Below are positions 17,769-28,837 of a stretch of DNA of 64,000 bases, one piece after another. Location: assembly GCA_046563655.1 (NCBI GenBank), contig CM102283.1, forward strand, positions 1,550,001-1,614,000. Reading direction: 5' to 3'. The position numbers and the translations under genes are program-made. The stretch comes from Yuukianura sp. NJ FZ-2021. Its lineage: Eukaryota. The first letter of the stretch is position 1. The number at the start of each line of letters is the position of its first letter. The notes under the pieces were generated by a model. That model searched no databases. It had not been told where the DNA came from and saw nothing but the letters and a program-made list of their open reading frames with translations.

Positions 17769-19526
17769 TGAAACCCTATCTTAAATTTTGAGGATTATGT
17801 CATTAAACTTCGTCAGTCATAGATGTATTTTGAATACGAAGCAAAAACTGTAGTTGACCTCTTACAATAAACGTAAAACAGGAATATGTGCTTCTCAGTT
17901 TGATGAACACAGACGTAATAAATTATTGTTTTTATTTCCGTTTTGTTGGAACTCTTTTTAAGACTTTGACGTGCTGATTTTGATTTGCGGATAATCTCTT
18001 TTTCTTTTTTTGTTATGATGATTCACGCTCATAATATCACTCATAAGCAGAGTGGCAAAACATATTTTCTTACATATTACATATTTAAAAAAAATGTTTC
18101 TAAACAAACTGAGTAAGCTACAACACTTAGTTTTTAGTAGTCTCTTTTTAGGTAAAATCAAAAGCGAATTTTTTAACTACTTTCTCAACAAGCAAACCGA
18201 ATTTACAAATGCTCGAAATTGATAGTCCTGAGCCCTAACTTTAATTTATTAATTAACGACAAAAAATTTTACATCCGTGCCTGCCTGCGTCATTCTTAAT
18301 TCTTAATTTTAATAATTTAAACATTTTAAAACTTTCTTAACTTAAGTCGCAAAACAAGTATTATACATAAAAATCTAAGCAGTGCACTGACGTGTAATAA
18401 TAACCTGTAAATACAGGAAACGTTCAGAATAAAAATGAAAAATGAAAACACAAAATAGAAAAAATATTTAGCAAAATTTAAGCACGAACAACTTTTGTAC
18501 ATGGGCCAGACGGGGCATCAAGCGGTTTGACCCCCAGGGGTCACCAAATGTCAAGGGGTGATTCTATGACAACCCCTTCAAGTAAGGGGTAGTTGGAAAG
18601 CTCTTGACCTCTTGATTTAGAAAATGTACGGGTATCCATATCTATTTTAAGGTGTTTAGCCGGAAAAGATTACTGAATTTCAACCATGAAAAATGTTGCA
18701 AAGTACCAAAAAGTTCAAATCGTTTCATGACAAGCGATAAAACGACTGATAGAAAAGATGTTCCACTCAAAAAGATAAACAACTTTTTTCTCTTGCATTT
18801 TTCTGCGGTATAGCTGATAAGATACCGACCAAAGTGGGAAAACCAATAGACAACTTGTTTATTGCACCCAAAGTTATCCAGCATCTCGGGTTTTTCAATT
18901 TTTTGCAAAAAAATTTCCAAAAATGAAATTGGTCCATCTCAACCTCCATTTCTATGGCAATTTTAGTCCCTTTTTTTAACTTTTTTTTTATTCTAGACTT
19001 TTTATGTATTTTTATGACAATCTGGAGCAACACAGCACCATCGTTAATAGAATAATCCCTCAGGTACTCGAATTTTAAATTCAAATCAAGTCGATCAGTT
19101 GAAAAAAAAATGGAGGAAAATACGTAAATTGAATTGGAGGAAAGCCGTAAACAAAATTGTAGGAAAAAATTAGGAAAAAAAAGGAAAAAATTGTTTTCTT
19201 CCAAAAATTTTGAGGTACGGGGCAAGGTAACTAAACAAAATGATACACCGCATTACTAAGGTAGCCTCACGAGCGGTTTTTTCAAGTGTTTTGGTGAAAT
19301 TTTTTAGTGGGGCGGATTGTTTGTTTTTAACATTTCTGACAACGTTTTTCTTCCCAAAATCGTTGGATGGAGTACAATGTAAATCCCTTCATTGTAACCA
19401 GACAATGCTACCAATCATCGGACCGGTGGTTTAGAATGGTTTTAGGATTGGAAATGGAATACTATACAAGCTTGACGCTTATAATTACTAAAAATTCAAT
19501 CCAACTCCAAGGCAAAGTCCAATATA

Positions 19527-21186
19527 CAGTGGCGGCCAAAATTATTGGGACACCCAGTGTAAAAATTTTTAAACAACGATAACTTTTTAACGAAGTGTCA
19601 TAATTAATAACTCGATACGTCATTTTATTCAGAAAATAGTTCTTTCCAATCTCCCAAGTTTTTAGAACTTGAAGTCAAGCGGTTTATTTTATGGAATTTT
19701 TTAAACTCAAAACGTCAAAATTCTCGCGGACAAAATTATTGGGACAGCTGGGGTTTTGGAGCGAAATCAACAGTTATTGGCATTAGTTTTCCATCGGTAA
19801 GTCACCTAACTTAATTTTTAGTACTTACTAACACTTGTAGTTAATTTTTGATTAGTTTTTCAGAGATGGTTGGCAATATCAAGGAAGTTCCAGGACCGAT
19901 ACGCGACTTAATCATTCAAGGTTGGGTTGGTGACGAAAATGGTACAAAATCAGTTCGTCAGCTGTCCGAATTGTACCACGTACCCAAGTCAACAGTACAT
20001 AACATCATACAAAGGTACCTCAAGACCGGCCATGTCGAAAACAAAGTCGGAAGGGGCCGTAAACCAATTCTTACTGAGAGGGAAGTTCGCCTGATCACCA
20101 AGAAAGTGAAGCTGGACAATCGAGTAAGCGCCGTAGAACTGTCCAAAACACTCAAAAGTGACCTTGACACATAAGTCAGCCCCCGTACTGTTCAAAGAGT
20201 ACTTTGCAATCAGAATTTGAGAGCTTTCAAGCCGTTGCGAAAACCGCTTGTGTCAAAGAAGAATGCAGCCAAGAGATTGAAGTTTGCAAAAGAACACGTT
20301 ATGAAGCCGGTATCGTTTTGGGAAAGAATTTTATGGTCGGACGAGTCAAAGTTCAACGTTTTGGGGTCAGATGGACGAAAATATGTGCGAAGAGGTATTG
20401 GTGAAGCCTTAAAACCAAAGAACCTCAATGTGACTGTGAAACACGGAGGAGGCAGTGTCATGGTTTGGGGCTGCATGGCTTCAAACGGGGCTGGAACCTT
20501 GGAATTTATTAACGGAATTATGGATAAATTCGGCTCACTTCGTGTCAAGGTCACTTTTGAGTGTTTTGGACAGTTCTACGGCGCTTACTCGATTGTCCAG
20601 CTTCACTTTCTTGGTGATCAGGCGAACTTCCCTCTCAGTAAGAATTGGTTTACGGCCCCTTCCGACTTTGTTTTCGACATGGCCGGTCTTGAGGTACCTT
20701 TGTATGATGTTATGTACTGTTGACTTGGGTACGTGGTACAATTCGGACAGCTGACGAACTGATTTTGTACCATTTTCGTCACCAACCCAACCTTGAATGA
20801 TTAAGTCGCGTATCGGTCCTGGAACTTCCTTGATATTGCCAACAATCTCTGAAAAACTAATCAACAATTAACTACAAGTGTTAGTAAGTACTAAAAATTA
20901 AGTTAGGTGACTTACCGATGGAAAACTAATGCCAATAACTGTTGATTTCGCTCCAAAACCCCAGCTGTCCCAATAATTTTGTCCGCGAGAATTTTGACGT
21001 TTTGAGTTAAAAAAAATTCCATAAAATAAACCGCTTGACTTCAAGTTCTAAAAACTTGGGAGATTGGAAAGAACTATTTTCTGAATAAAATGACGTATCG
21101 AGTTATTAATTATGACACTTCGTTAAAAAGTTATCGTTGTTTAAAAATTTTTACACTGGGTGTCCCAATAATTTTGGCCGCCACTG
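19527..21186. mobile_element. Tc1-family DNA transposon derivative rearranged into a long hairpin
   Basis: TA|CAGTGGCGGCCAAAATTATTGGGACAC ... GTGTCCCAATAATTTTGGCCGCCACTG|TA. Segment 19527-20170 is inversely repeated at 20542-21186. Confidence 0.95.
19866..20541 (+). pseudogene. Tc1 transposase, truncated, with in-frame stop
   Basis: Paired-like HTH, GRKPILT, RKPLVS, ILWSDESKF (first catalytic D) and KHGGGSVMVWGC are present. In-frame TAA at 20172-20174. Sequence switches to the inverted arm before the second D and the E of the DDE triad. Confidence 0.92.
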
Positions 21187-22913
21187 TATGTGTCAATTAC
21201 CGCACACTGGCTACAAGTAGCGCCTCATTGTTACCTCAACCAACCATTGCACGATTTTTTAAAATTCTTACCGCTTGGTTACTGGGGCGCACCGCCCCAC
21301 TAAAAAGTTTCACAAAAAAACTAAAAAACCGCTCGTGAGACTACCTTATAATGCGATGTGTCTTTTTGTTTAGTTGCCTTGGTAGGGAGCAAGGCAACTA
21401 AACAAAAAGACACAGGAGCTTTCTAAGGTAGTCTCACGAGCGGTTTTTTCAGCTTTTTTTGTGAAATTTTTTGGTGGGGCGGATTGTTTGTTTTAAAGTT
21501 TTCTGTGACAACGTTTTCTTTCGTGCAATCGTTGGGTGAAATACAAAGTCAATTCCTCTTTTGTAACCACCCAGTATAACCAATCATCATTTAGACTTGT
21601 TTTAGGATTAGAAGATGGAATAATATAAGTTTTATGCTTATAATTGCTAATAATTCAATGCAACTCAATTGCAAATTGTCGATTTTATGTTGAATACTGA
21701 ACATTGGTTACAGGTAGCACCTCATTGTTACCTCAACCAACCTTTGCACGATTTGTACAAATTCATATTTCCTTGGAAACCGGGCAAACCGCCCCACCAA
21801 AAAGTTTCACAAAAAAAGCTAAAAAAACCGCTCGTGAGACTACCTTAGTAATGCGGTGTGTGTTTTTGTTTAGTTGCCTTGGTAGGGAGCAAGGCAACTA
21901 AACAAAAAGACACACCGCATTACTAAGGTAGTCTCACGAGCCGTTTTTTAATTGTTTTTTGCGAAAGTATATAGTGGGGCTGATTGTTTGTTTTTTACGT
22001 TTCTGTGAGAACGTTTTCGTTCGGTTGGACTACAAAGTAAATTCATCCATTGTAACCACCCATTGCAGCCGATCATCCGACTTGTACTTTAGATCAGTTT
22101 TAGGATTGGAAAATGGAATTGTACAAGTTATAGTTATTCAAACTTCATTACGACTCAATGGCAAATAGTTAATTTTGTGCCAAATATCGAACACTGGTTA
22201 CAAGGAACACCTCAAGCAACAAAAGTTACCTCAACCAACTTTTGCACAAATTTATCTCCTTGGATACCACCCCACTATACACTTTCGCAAAAAAAATTGA
22301 AAAAACCGCTCGTGAGACTACCTTATAAGGCTGGTGTGTCTTTTTGTTTAGTTGCCTTGGTAGGGAGTTACTGGACAACCTCTTGTAGCAAATACAATCG
22401 GTTGCTATAGCAACCTTGATGCGGACCAATACAAAAACTGATAAAAGTAGATTTCAGGTAGGAAATTCGCGACGGTAAGACGTCGCGAAGACGGTAAATA
22501 ATAGATTTTCTAAATCAGGAGGTCAAGAGCTTTCCCACGACACCTTACGTGAAGGGGGTTGTCATAGAATGACCCCTTGACATTTGGTGACCCCTGGAGG
22601 TCAAACCGCTTGGTGCCCCGTCTGGACCCTGTACAAGGTTCTCCTATATGTGTCGAGAACACTTGTTTAATTTTTCATTCGAATCGTACACGTCTACCCT
22701 GTCCCTTAAGCGAAGTACGGTAGCCCTTGCGTCACCCGATTCTTTCTTCATTTTTTGAAATTTTCCTTTGAAAGTAGCCAATTCGAAAAATTGAAATGAC
22801 GCTAAACTTGAAATATGGACTTTGTTTTTGACGTAGGTGCTGTACTGTTTTGTCCAACAGTAATCGTATGACAATAAACTGAAAAAGATAAAAACAATTA
22901 TCGTGTCAAGTAA

Positions 22914-24082
22914 CACAGTGGGGTCGATTCTAAAATAAAATCGCCACGGTTGTTAGAAGAAACGTTGCGTTAATTTTTGCAATCACATTAAAAATGAATG
23001 CCTAAATTAGGATTCACGACGATGGAAATCTCCAAAATTTTCTGTGACCCAGCGGTAACCTGGATGATGGAATAAAAACTAGACACCACCATTTACCAAG
23101 TCCGACTACTAGTTCTTGCTACTTTCCCAATTTTGTATTTTTAATTGATTTTTGAATTTGAGGTAAAATTGTGTCTATGAGGGGTCATCTATGTCACCAC
23201 ACATAAAAAATGAAAGTACGCAGTGTTTACAGTTGCAATGATAATTTTGCGACTGTTTTGCCTTCACGATTCTGTATTTTTTCAACAATTATTTTTTTTT
23301 TAGAAAAAAGTCATGATTTCTTTTTTTTAAAACAATTGACTACATTTTGATCCCTTTAATTTTTATTTAAACGTAACATGCACCTGCCTCAGGCAGGTTG
23401 AGAAAATTGTAAGGAACGATTGATAATTATAGTACCTATATAAGAATTCATAGAGGTCTTTCCCCGAGATAAGAATCATAAGGAGTGTTTTACTCCGTTT
23501 AGTTTTCAAAAAAAAATTGGAAATGGAAGTTTGTATTCTATGTTTTAAAAGATTATTTTGGAAAAATTAACATTAAATCACAACTTAGACCTGCCAATGG
23601 CAGGTTGATTTGTTTCCCCCCGAAACGCGTGTCGTTGTCAACCCCATTGCACAGTGGGGTCGACTCCTACAAACAAGGAGAATCGTTTCGGAGGAAACAA
23701 ATTAATTGCTGAAAAATAAATAACCATGGAGGCAAAACAGTCGCTAAATTATCGACATAGGAACGGTAAACATTGCGCGCCTTGACATTTTATGTGTGGC
23801 GACCTAGGTGACCCCATATAATAGACCGAATCTTTCAACCAATTCAAAAATCATTTAAAAATACTAAATTAGCAGTGGCAAGAGGTGGCACTCGGATTTG
23901 TTACGTAACGGTGAGTAGTTTTTATTCCAAAATTTAGATTACTGGTGGGTTACAGAAAATTTCGTAGATTTCGATCTTAGCAAATCCGGATTTAGGCATT
24001 CGATTTTAATGTAATTACCAAAATTAAGTTAAGGTTTCCTCTAATAACCGTGGCCAGTTATTTTTGATTCGACCCTACTGTG
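22914..24082. mobile_element. Foldback/long-TIR non-autonomous element
   Basis: Ends CACAGTGGGGTCGA ... TCGACCCTACTGTG. Degenerate inverted arms about 22914-23290 and 23700-24082 (e.g. ggggtcatctatgtcaccacacataaaa vs ttttatgtgtggcgacctaggtgacccc; gactgttttgcct vs aggcaaaacagtc). No clear TSD. Confidence 0.75.
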
Positions 24083-24387
24083 TACTGTGAAGAATTGATA
24101 CACTCCGGACTGGAAAATCCAAAATCTGAATCTCCTAATCTGATTCAACTAAAACCTCGCAAAAAGTGACAAAAAGTTTGCGCAATCCGCAACATTTTTG
24201 TATATGGTTCAAGCAAAACGGATTTCCAGTTACGCCTGCGCGAAACAGAAAAGTGATTTCAATCGTTTTTTTTTTTGTCTGACTTCCGGTAGAAGTCAAA
24301 ACTTGTCTGACGCTAATGTTGACATTGAAGACTTTTTAAAAACTTAAGAATCGAAGTTTTGAGTTTTCAAAAATCAACTAATTAAAA

Positions 24388-25071
24388 ATGAACGATTTGT
24401 CTTGGAAGAAGTCCGTTGACGACAAAGAGTTACTCACAGTAACTCGCGGAACATGCAAGGGCGGAACTACTGAAGGGCGGGACTACGGTGGAGTGTTTTA
24501 CTCCGTTTGGTGAGTTTTCAAAAAAAAATTGGAAAGGGAAGTTTTTATACTATGTTTTAAAAGATTAAGTTCTTGTTTTGTTAAATAGTTTCCGCGTAGA
24601 CACTCCAATATGTCTTCGCGAACTTGGATTTTTCGGTCCGTCTGCAACACAGCAAGCCTCATATTTTGTGTACGTTGACATTTTTAAGCCCAGATCGGCT
24701 GGGATAGTGATGCCCAGTGTTTCCGATTATCCACCAATCGCGAAAAGGAAAGTAGACGTTGTTGCAAAAAAAGATGAACTTTTCTACGTCGATTTGGGAG
24801 ATGGCGTTCCTGTTGAACCGGGAATTTGGCATTTGGTTCAATTCAACCTCGAAGTAACACAAAAAAAACCTAATTGTAGAAATATAACATTTAACATAAC
24901 CTATTTGACGTTGATTTTCAGGGTCCGAAAACACTACGGTGCGAAAGTCCTAACAAAGTTGTAACAGTGGACAGCGAGAAGGGGCCAATTAGGTTCGAAT
25001 TTAACCACGGATCTTGCCAGTTACCTTGCATGAAGTTCGAAGTTTTGTCGGGATCTACAAACCGTCAATAA
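24388..25071 (+). CDS. Stand-alone PHR-domain-like protein, paralog A (3 exons)
   Basis: Exons about 24388-24509, 24589-24853 and 24921-25071 join in frame: DYGGVFYSVCFRVDTPICLRELGFFGP...VPVEPGIWHLVQFNLEGPKTLRC...QLPCMKF. Confidence 0.7.
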
Positions 25072-27747
25072 TCTTCTGTTTTACACAACAAAAGAATGCT
25101 AACCTTAAAAAAACCTGAAAAATTTTAGAACCAAAATACAAATGCAATTAATACTAAAAAATTCGATTTCTTTTCTTTATTTGGGAGGACGCCATTCCAT
25201 CCAACAAATTACGTCGTAACAAATTTCCGAATTAGCCTTGCCATCCAAAGAGGAAATGCCACTTCTATATTGGGAACCTTACCGTCAGGAAAAGAACTCT
25301 ACGAAATCTATATCATTTAAACATTTTTTCAATAACCTCTTTAAATACCTCAACCTGCCTCTGGCATGTGTAAGTTTTCTCAGTTCTGTTGTTAAATAAA
25401 ATAAATAAAGTTTGTTTAAAAAAAAATTCCGAATGATTTTCCCCGAAACAAATTACAACTAAAGCTGAATTGAAACTTTCGTTGTTATTCACATTTATTG
25501 GGCTAATTCAACTGTAGTTCTAATTGGTTTCGGTGAAATTTATTCGGGGAAATTGGCCGTGGTGTAGTTCATTCGATGAAATGGCATATGGAACCTTTTC
25601 TTTGAAAAATTTTGAGGATTATGTCATAAAACTTCATCAGTCGCAGATGTATTTCGAATACGAAGCAAAAAGAAGACGGAGCTCTTGTTCAACTCTGACC
25701 CGAAATGTAGCAAAACCGGATGTGATGTAAATAGATGTAAAACTTGATTTTCAGAATGGCTAACTTCGATGAAATTTTTCCAAAAAGTAAAAATCTAGAA
25801 AGTTAGAAGGTGTGATGGTGTTGAAAAAAAAACACAATATTTTGGAATTTTTGAAATCCGCTACATAAATTATGAAAATAACACTTCTTTCCAAAAAGTA
25901 AAAAGCTAGAAATTTAGAAGCTGTGATGTTGCTGCATCGATGCATCGATGAGCTTTTTCTCAAAATCAACAGAAATAAACCGGTTGTAAACCGCGCATAA
26001 CGAATAGCTCAAGTGATAATGCAGTTTTTTCAAACTCACTGAATGGAAGTTCAACGTCCCGGGACTTGTGTTCAATTCCCCACCCGCCAGGGGGAGTGGG
26101 GGTGGCCCCTCACTTTTCCGCCCTTCCCCCAGGGGGATTGGGGGTGGGTCCCAATGAACTGTAAAGTCTAACAATGTGTGCAAAAATGGATTTTTGCAAG
26201 AGAACAAATAGCCTAATACTTAACATAATCTTGAGGAGTAAGTTGACTTCATAACATCAAAAGAAACTGGCTTATTTTTGGTTCTCTGATTTTTCTTTCA
26301 AAAGTTAGCTTTTCTTTATGTGGGACGACGCCATTTCATCGAACGAATTGTCGAAGTAAATTTCCCCGAATTGTTCGTGAGACCAATTACAAAAAAAAGC
26401 CGAATTACGACTTTCGTAGGTAGTTTCATTTCGATGTAACTCGCTGCGGGGTAATTCAACTTTTGTGGTAATTGACTTCGGTGGAATTCATTCGGGGAAA
26501 TTCGTTAGATGTACTGGCCCATGGAACCCTTTTTTAATTTTTGAGGATTATGTCATAAAATTTCGACCTATGATCCGAAACGTGAGAAAACCGGAATAAG
26601 TGCTTCTCTCAGTTTGACGAGTAACAGACGTAACAAAAATTAATGTTTTTGCTTCCGTCTTGGTTCACCTCTTTTTAGCACTTCGTCTTCGCTGATTTTG
26701 ATGTGTGCATAACTTTTTATGCATTTAGTTCTAAGTTTTGGTGATTCATGCTAATAATTCACTCATACACGCCAATTTTTTTTTCAATTAACTTTAATTT
26801 TAATTCCATTGAAGGCGACAGTAATTTGTGTCACCCGATTCGATTTGTAATTTTCCTTTGAAAGTTGTCAATTGAAAAAATCAACATGACGCTCGACTTC
26901 AATTTTTGGACTTTGTTTTTGACGTAGGTGCTTTCTGCGGTTGGACTGTTTTGCCAGTAAACCGCATGACAAAAAATTGAAAAAAAAAAGTAAAATTAAT
27001 TTGTGAAGGAAGTGAGACATTCCGAACTGGAAAACCCAACTGTTTGTTCTTGTTTTTGCATTTTTTTGCATTTCTTTGTTATTTCTTTGCATTTTTTTTT
27101 TTTGCAAAAAAAAAGTTTCATCAGTTTTCGGAATTCCTATTTTCAAAATTGTGGACGTTTTAAAAGCAGTATTTGCTTACAAGTCGGTTATCTCCGTTAT
27201 TCAGTAAACAAACAATATTTGATCTTCACCGACGTTTTTGTAAAAAAAAAAAAGAGCTTTAACGTCTATATACTTCCATTTTTCCATAATTGACAATTTG
27301 AACTTCCGGAAATACTAAAAAAAAATTAAAAGCTCAGAATTTAATCTGAAACTCACACTCACAGTTATATTCAAGGACTTTCGTTTCCTTTCGTATACTA
27401 AAAATGGACCATATTTGCGTGTCAAAGTGAAGAGTGTGCGTCGTATCTAGCCAAAATCTTGCTTAAATTGACAAAAAGTTTGCAACATCGGCAAAATCTT
27501 TGTAAATGCGACAAACAAAACGGATTTCCAGTTACGCCTGCGCGAAACAGAAAAGTGATTTCAACCGTTTTTTGTCTGACTCCTAATTAAAGACGAAAAC
27601 TATTTAATCTCACTACACTTTCGGTAGAAGTTATTCTGACTGCTCGCGTGACACTAAAGTTGACAGTTTAAAAAAACTTTAAAAAAAAGACTTTTTAAAA
27701 ATTTGAGAATTTGAAGTTGTGAGTTTTCCAAAATGAACGAATTAAAA

Positions 27748-28565
27748 ATGAACGACAACTTTTCCTGGAAGAAGTCCATTGACGACAAAGAGTTACTGAC
27801 AGTAACTCGTGGAACATGTACGTCCGAAGGTGAACGAATTACTAAAGTGTGGAACCAAGTTGTTACTGGAGGGGTCAAGGACACTGAAATTCCAACGCTT
27901 ATAAAGAAAATTAAAGATTGCAAGTGGAACTACGGTGGAGTATTTTACTCCGTTTAGTGAGTTTTAAAAAAGAAAATTAAAAAAAAAGAAGTTTGCATTT
28001 TTTGTTTTAAAAAACTAATTTGTTATTTTTTTTAAACAGTTTCCGCGTAGACACTCCCATACTTCTTCGCGAACTTGGATTTTTCGGTCCATTTGCAGAA
28101 CAGAAAGCCTCATATTTTGTGCACGTTGAAATATTTAAACCCAAATCGGCTGCGGAAGCAATGCCCAGTGCTTGGGATTCGCCACGAATCGCGAAAAGGA
28201 AATTAAACGTTGTGGCCAAAAAAGATGAGCTTTTCTATGTCGATTTGGGAGATGGAGTTCCGATTGAACCGGGGATTTGGCATTTGATTCAATTCAACCT
28301 GGATGTAAAAAACCGAAAAAAAAATTGTTATACTGTATAAATATAGTTTTTAACATAACCTAAATTTACTTTGAATTAATTTCAGGGTCCGAATACACTA
28401 CGGTGCGAAAGTTGCAAGAAAATTGTAACAGTGGAAAGCGAGCAGGGCCCAATTACGTTTGAGTTTAACATTGGATCCTTCCAGTTACCGTGCATGAAGT
28501 TCCAAGTTTTGTCGGGATCACAAACTGTCAGTAATCTTCGGTTTTACACAACAAAAGAGTGCTGA
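27748..28565 (+). CDS. Stand-alone PHR-domain-like protein, paralog B (3 exons)
   Basis: Same exon structure as paralog A: KWNYGGVFYSVYFRVDTPILLRELGFFGP...FYVDLGDGVPIEPGIWHLIQFNLDGPNTLRCESCKKIV...FQLPCMKF. Resembles the PHR domain of BTBD1/2/3/6 and PAM/Highwire. Confidence 0.72.
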
Positions 28566-28837
28566 ACTTAAAAAAAAAATTTCGAAAATTTTTTAAAAGT
28601 TGTTCCAACCAAAATCCAACTGTAATTAGTAAGTCTAAAAAGTTCGATTTTTAGCATTTTAAAATTGTATTTAAGTTTAATTAATGAAGTTATGGTGAAA
28701 TCAATGTTACATTGCATAATAAAGTATGACGTAGAACGCGAGAATAGAATCGCAAGGAATCATTGTGTAATATTATAATAACTGTTATAAAATTATATTA
28801 TAATATTATTGGGTTTATGTGTGTACAGCGTGTTCCA

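Larger units (their letters stand above)
19224..22358. repeat. Three tandem ~500-bp units, each bounded by ~80-90-bp inverted repeats
   Basis: Units start AAGG(C/T)AACTAAACAAAA at 19224, 21391 and 21891, end TTTTTGTTTAGTTGCCTT, and are separated by GGTAGGGAGC. Unit 1 is interrupted by the Tc1 element. Confidence 0.9.
18500..22631. mobile_element. Non-autonomous Tc1/mariner-superfamily-type element with about 127-bp TIRs (outer shell of nest)
   Basis: Left TIR 18500-18625 (CATGGGCCAGACGGGGCATCAAGCGGTTTGACC...GATTTAGAAAAT) matches the inverted right TIR 22505-22631. TA flanks both ends (18498-18499, 22632-22633). Confidence 0.85.

Noticed and set aside
17958-19582. Short ORFs in the TE block (also 21090-22916 and 25524-27293)
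   Set aside because: Low-complexity F/K/L-rich frames within repeats, with no motifs or splice support.
20535-20867. Second transposase gene on the minus strand
   Set aside because: It is only the inverted arm of the hairpin; its ATG is mutated to ATT and it ends at the junction.
19527-21186. Hairpin as a pure sequencing or assembly palindrome
   Set aside because: Considered less likely: the arms differ at several positions, both ends have TA, and the flanks rejoin into an intact host unit. Read-level confirmation is still needed.
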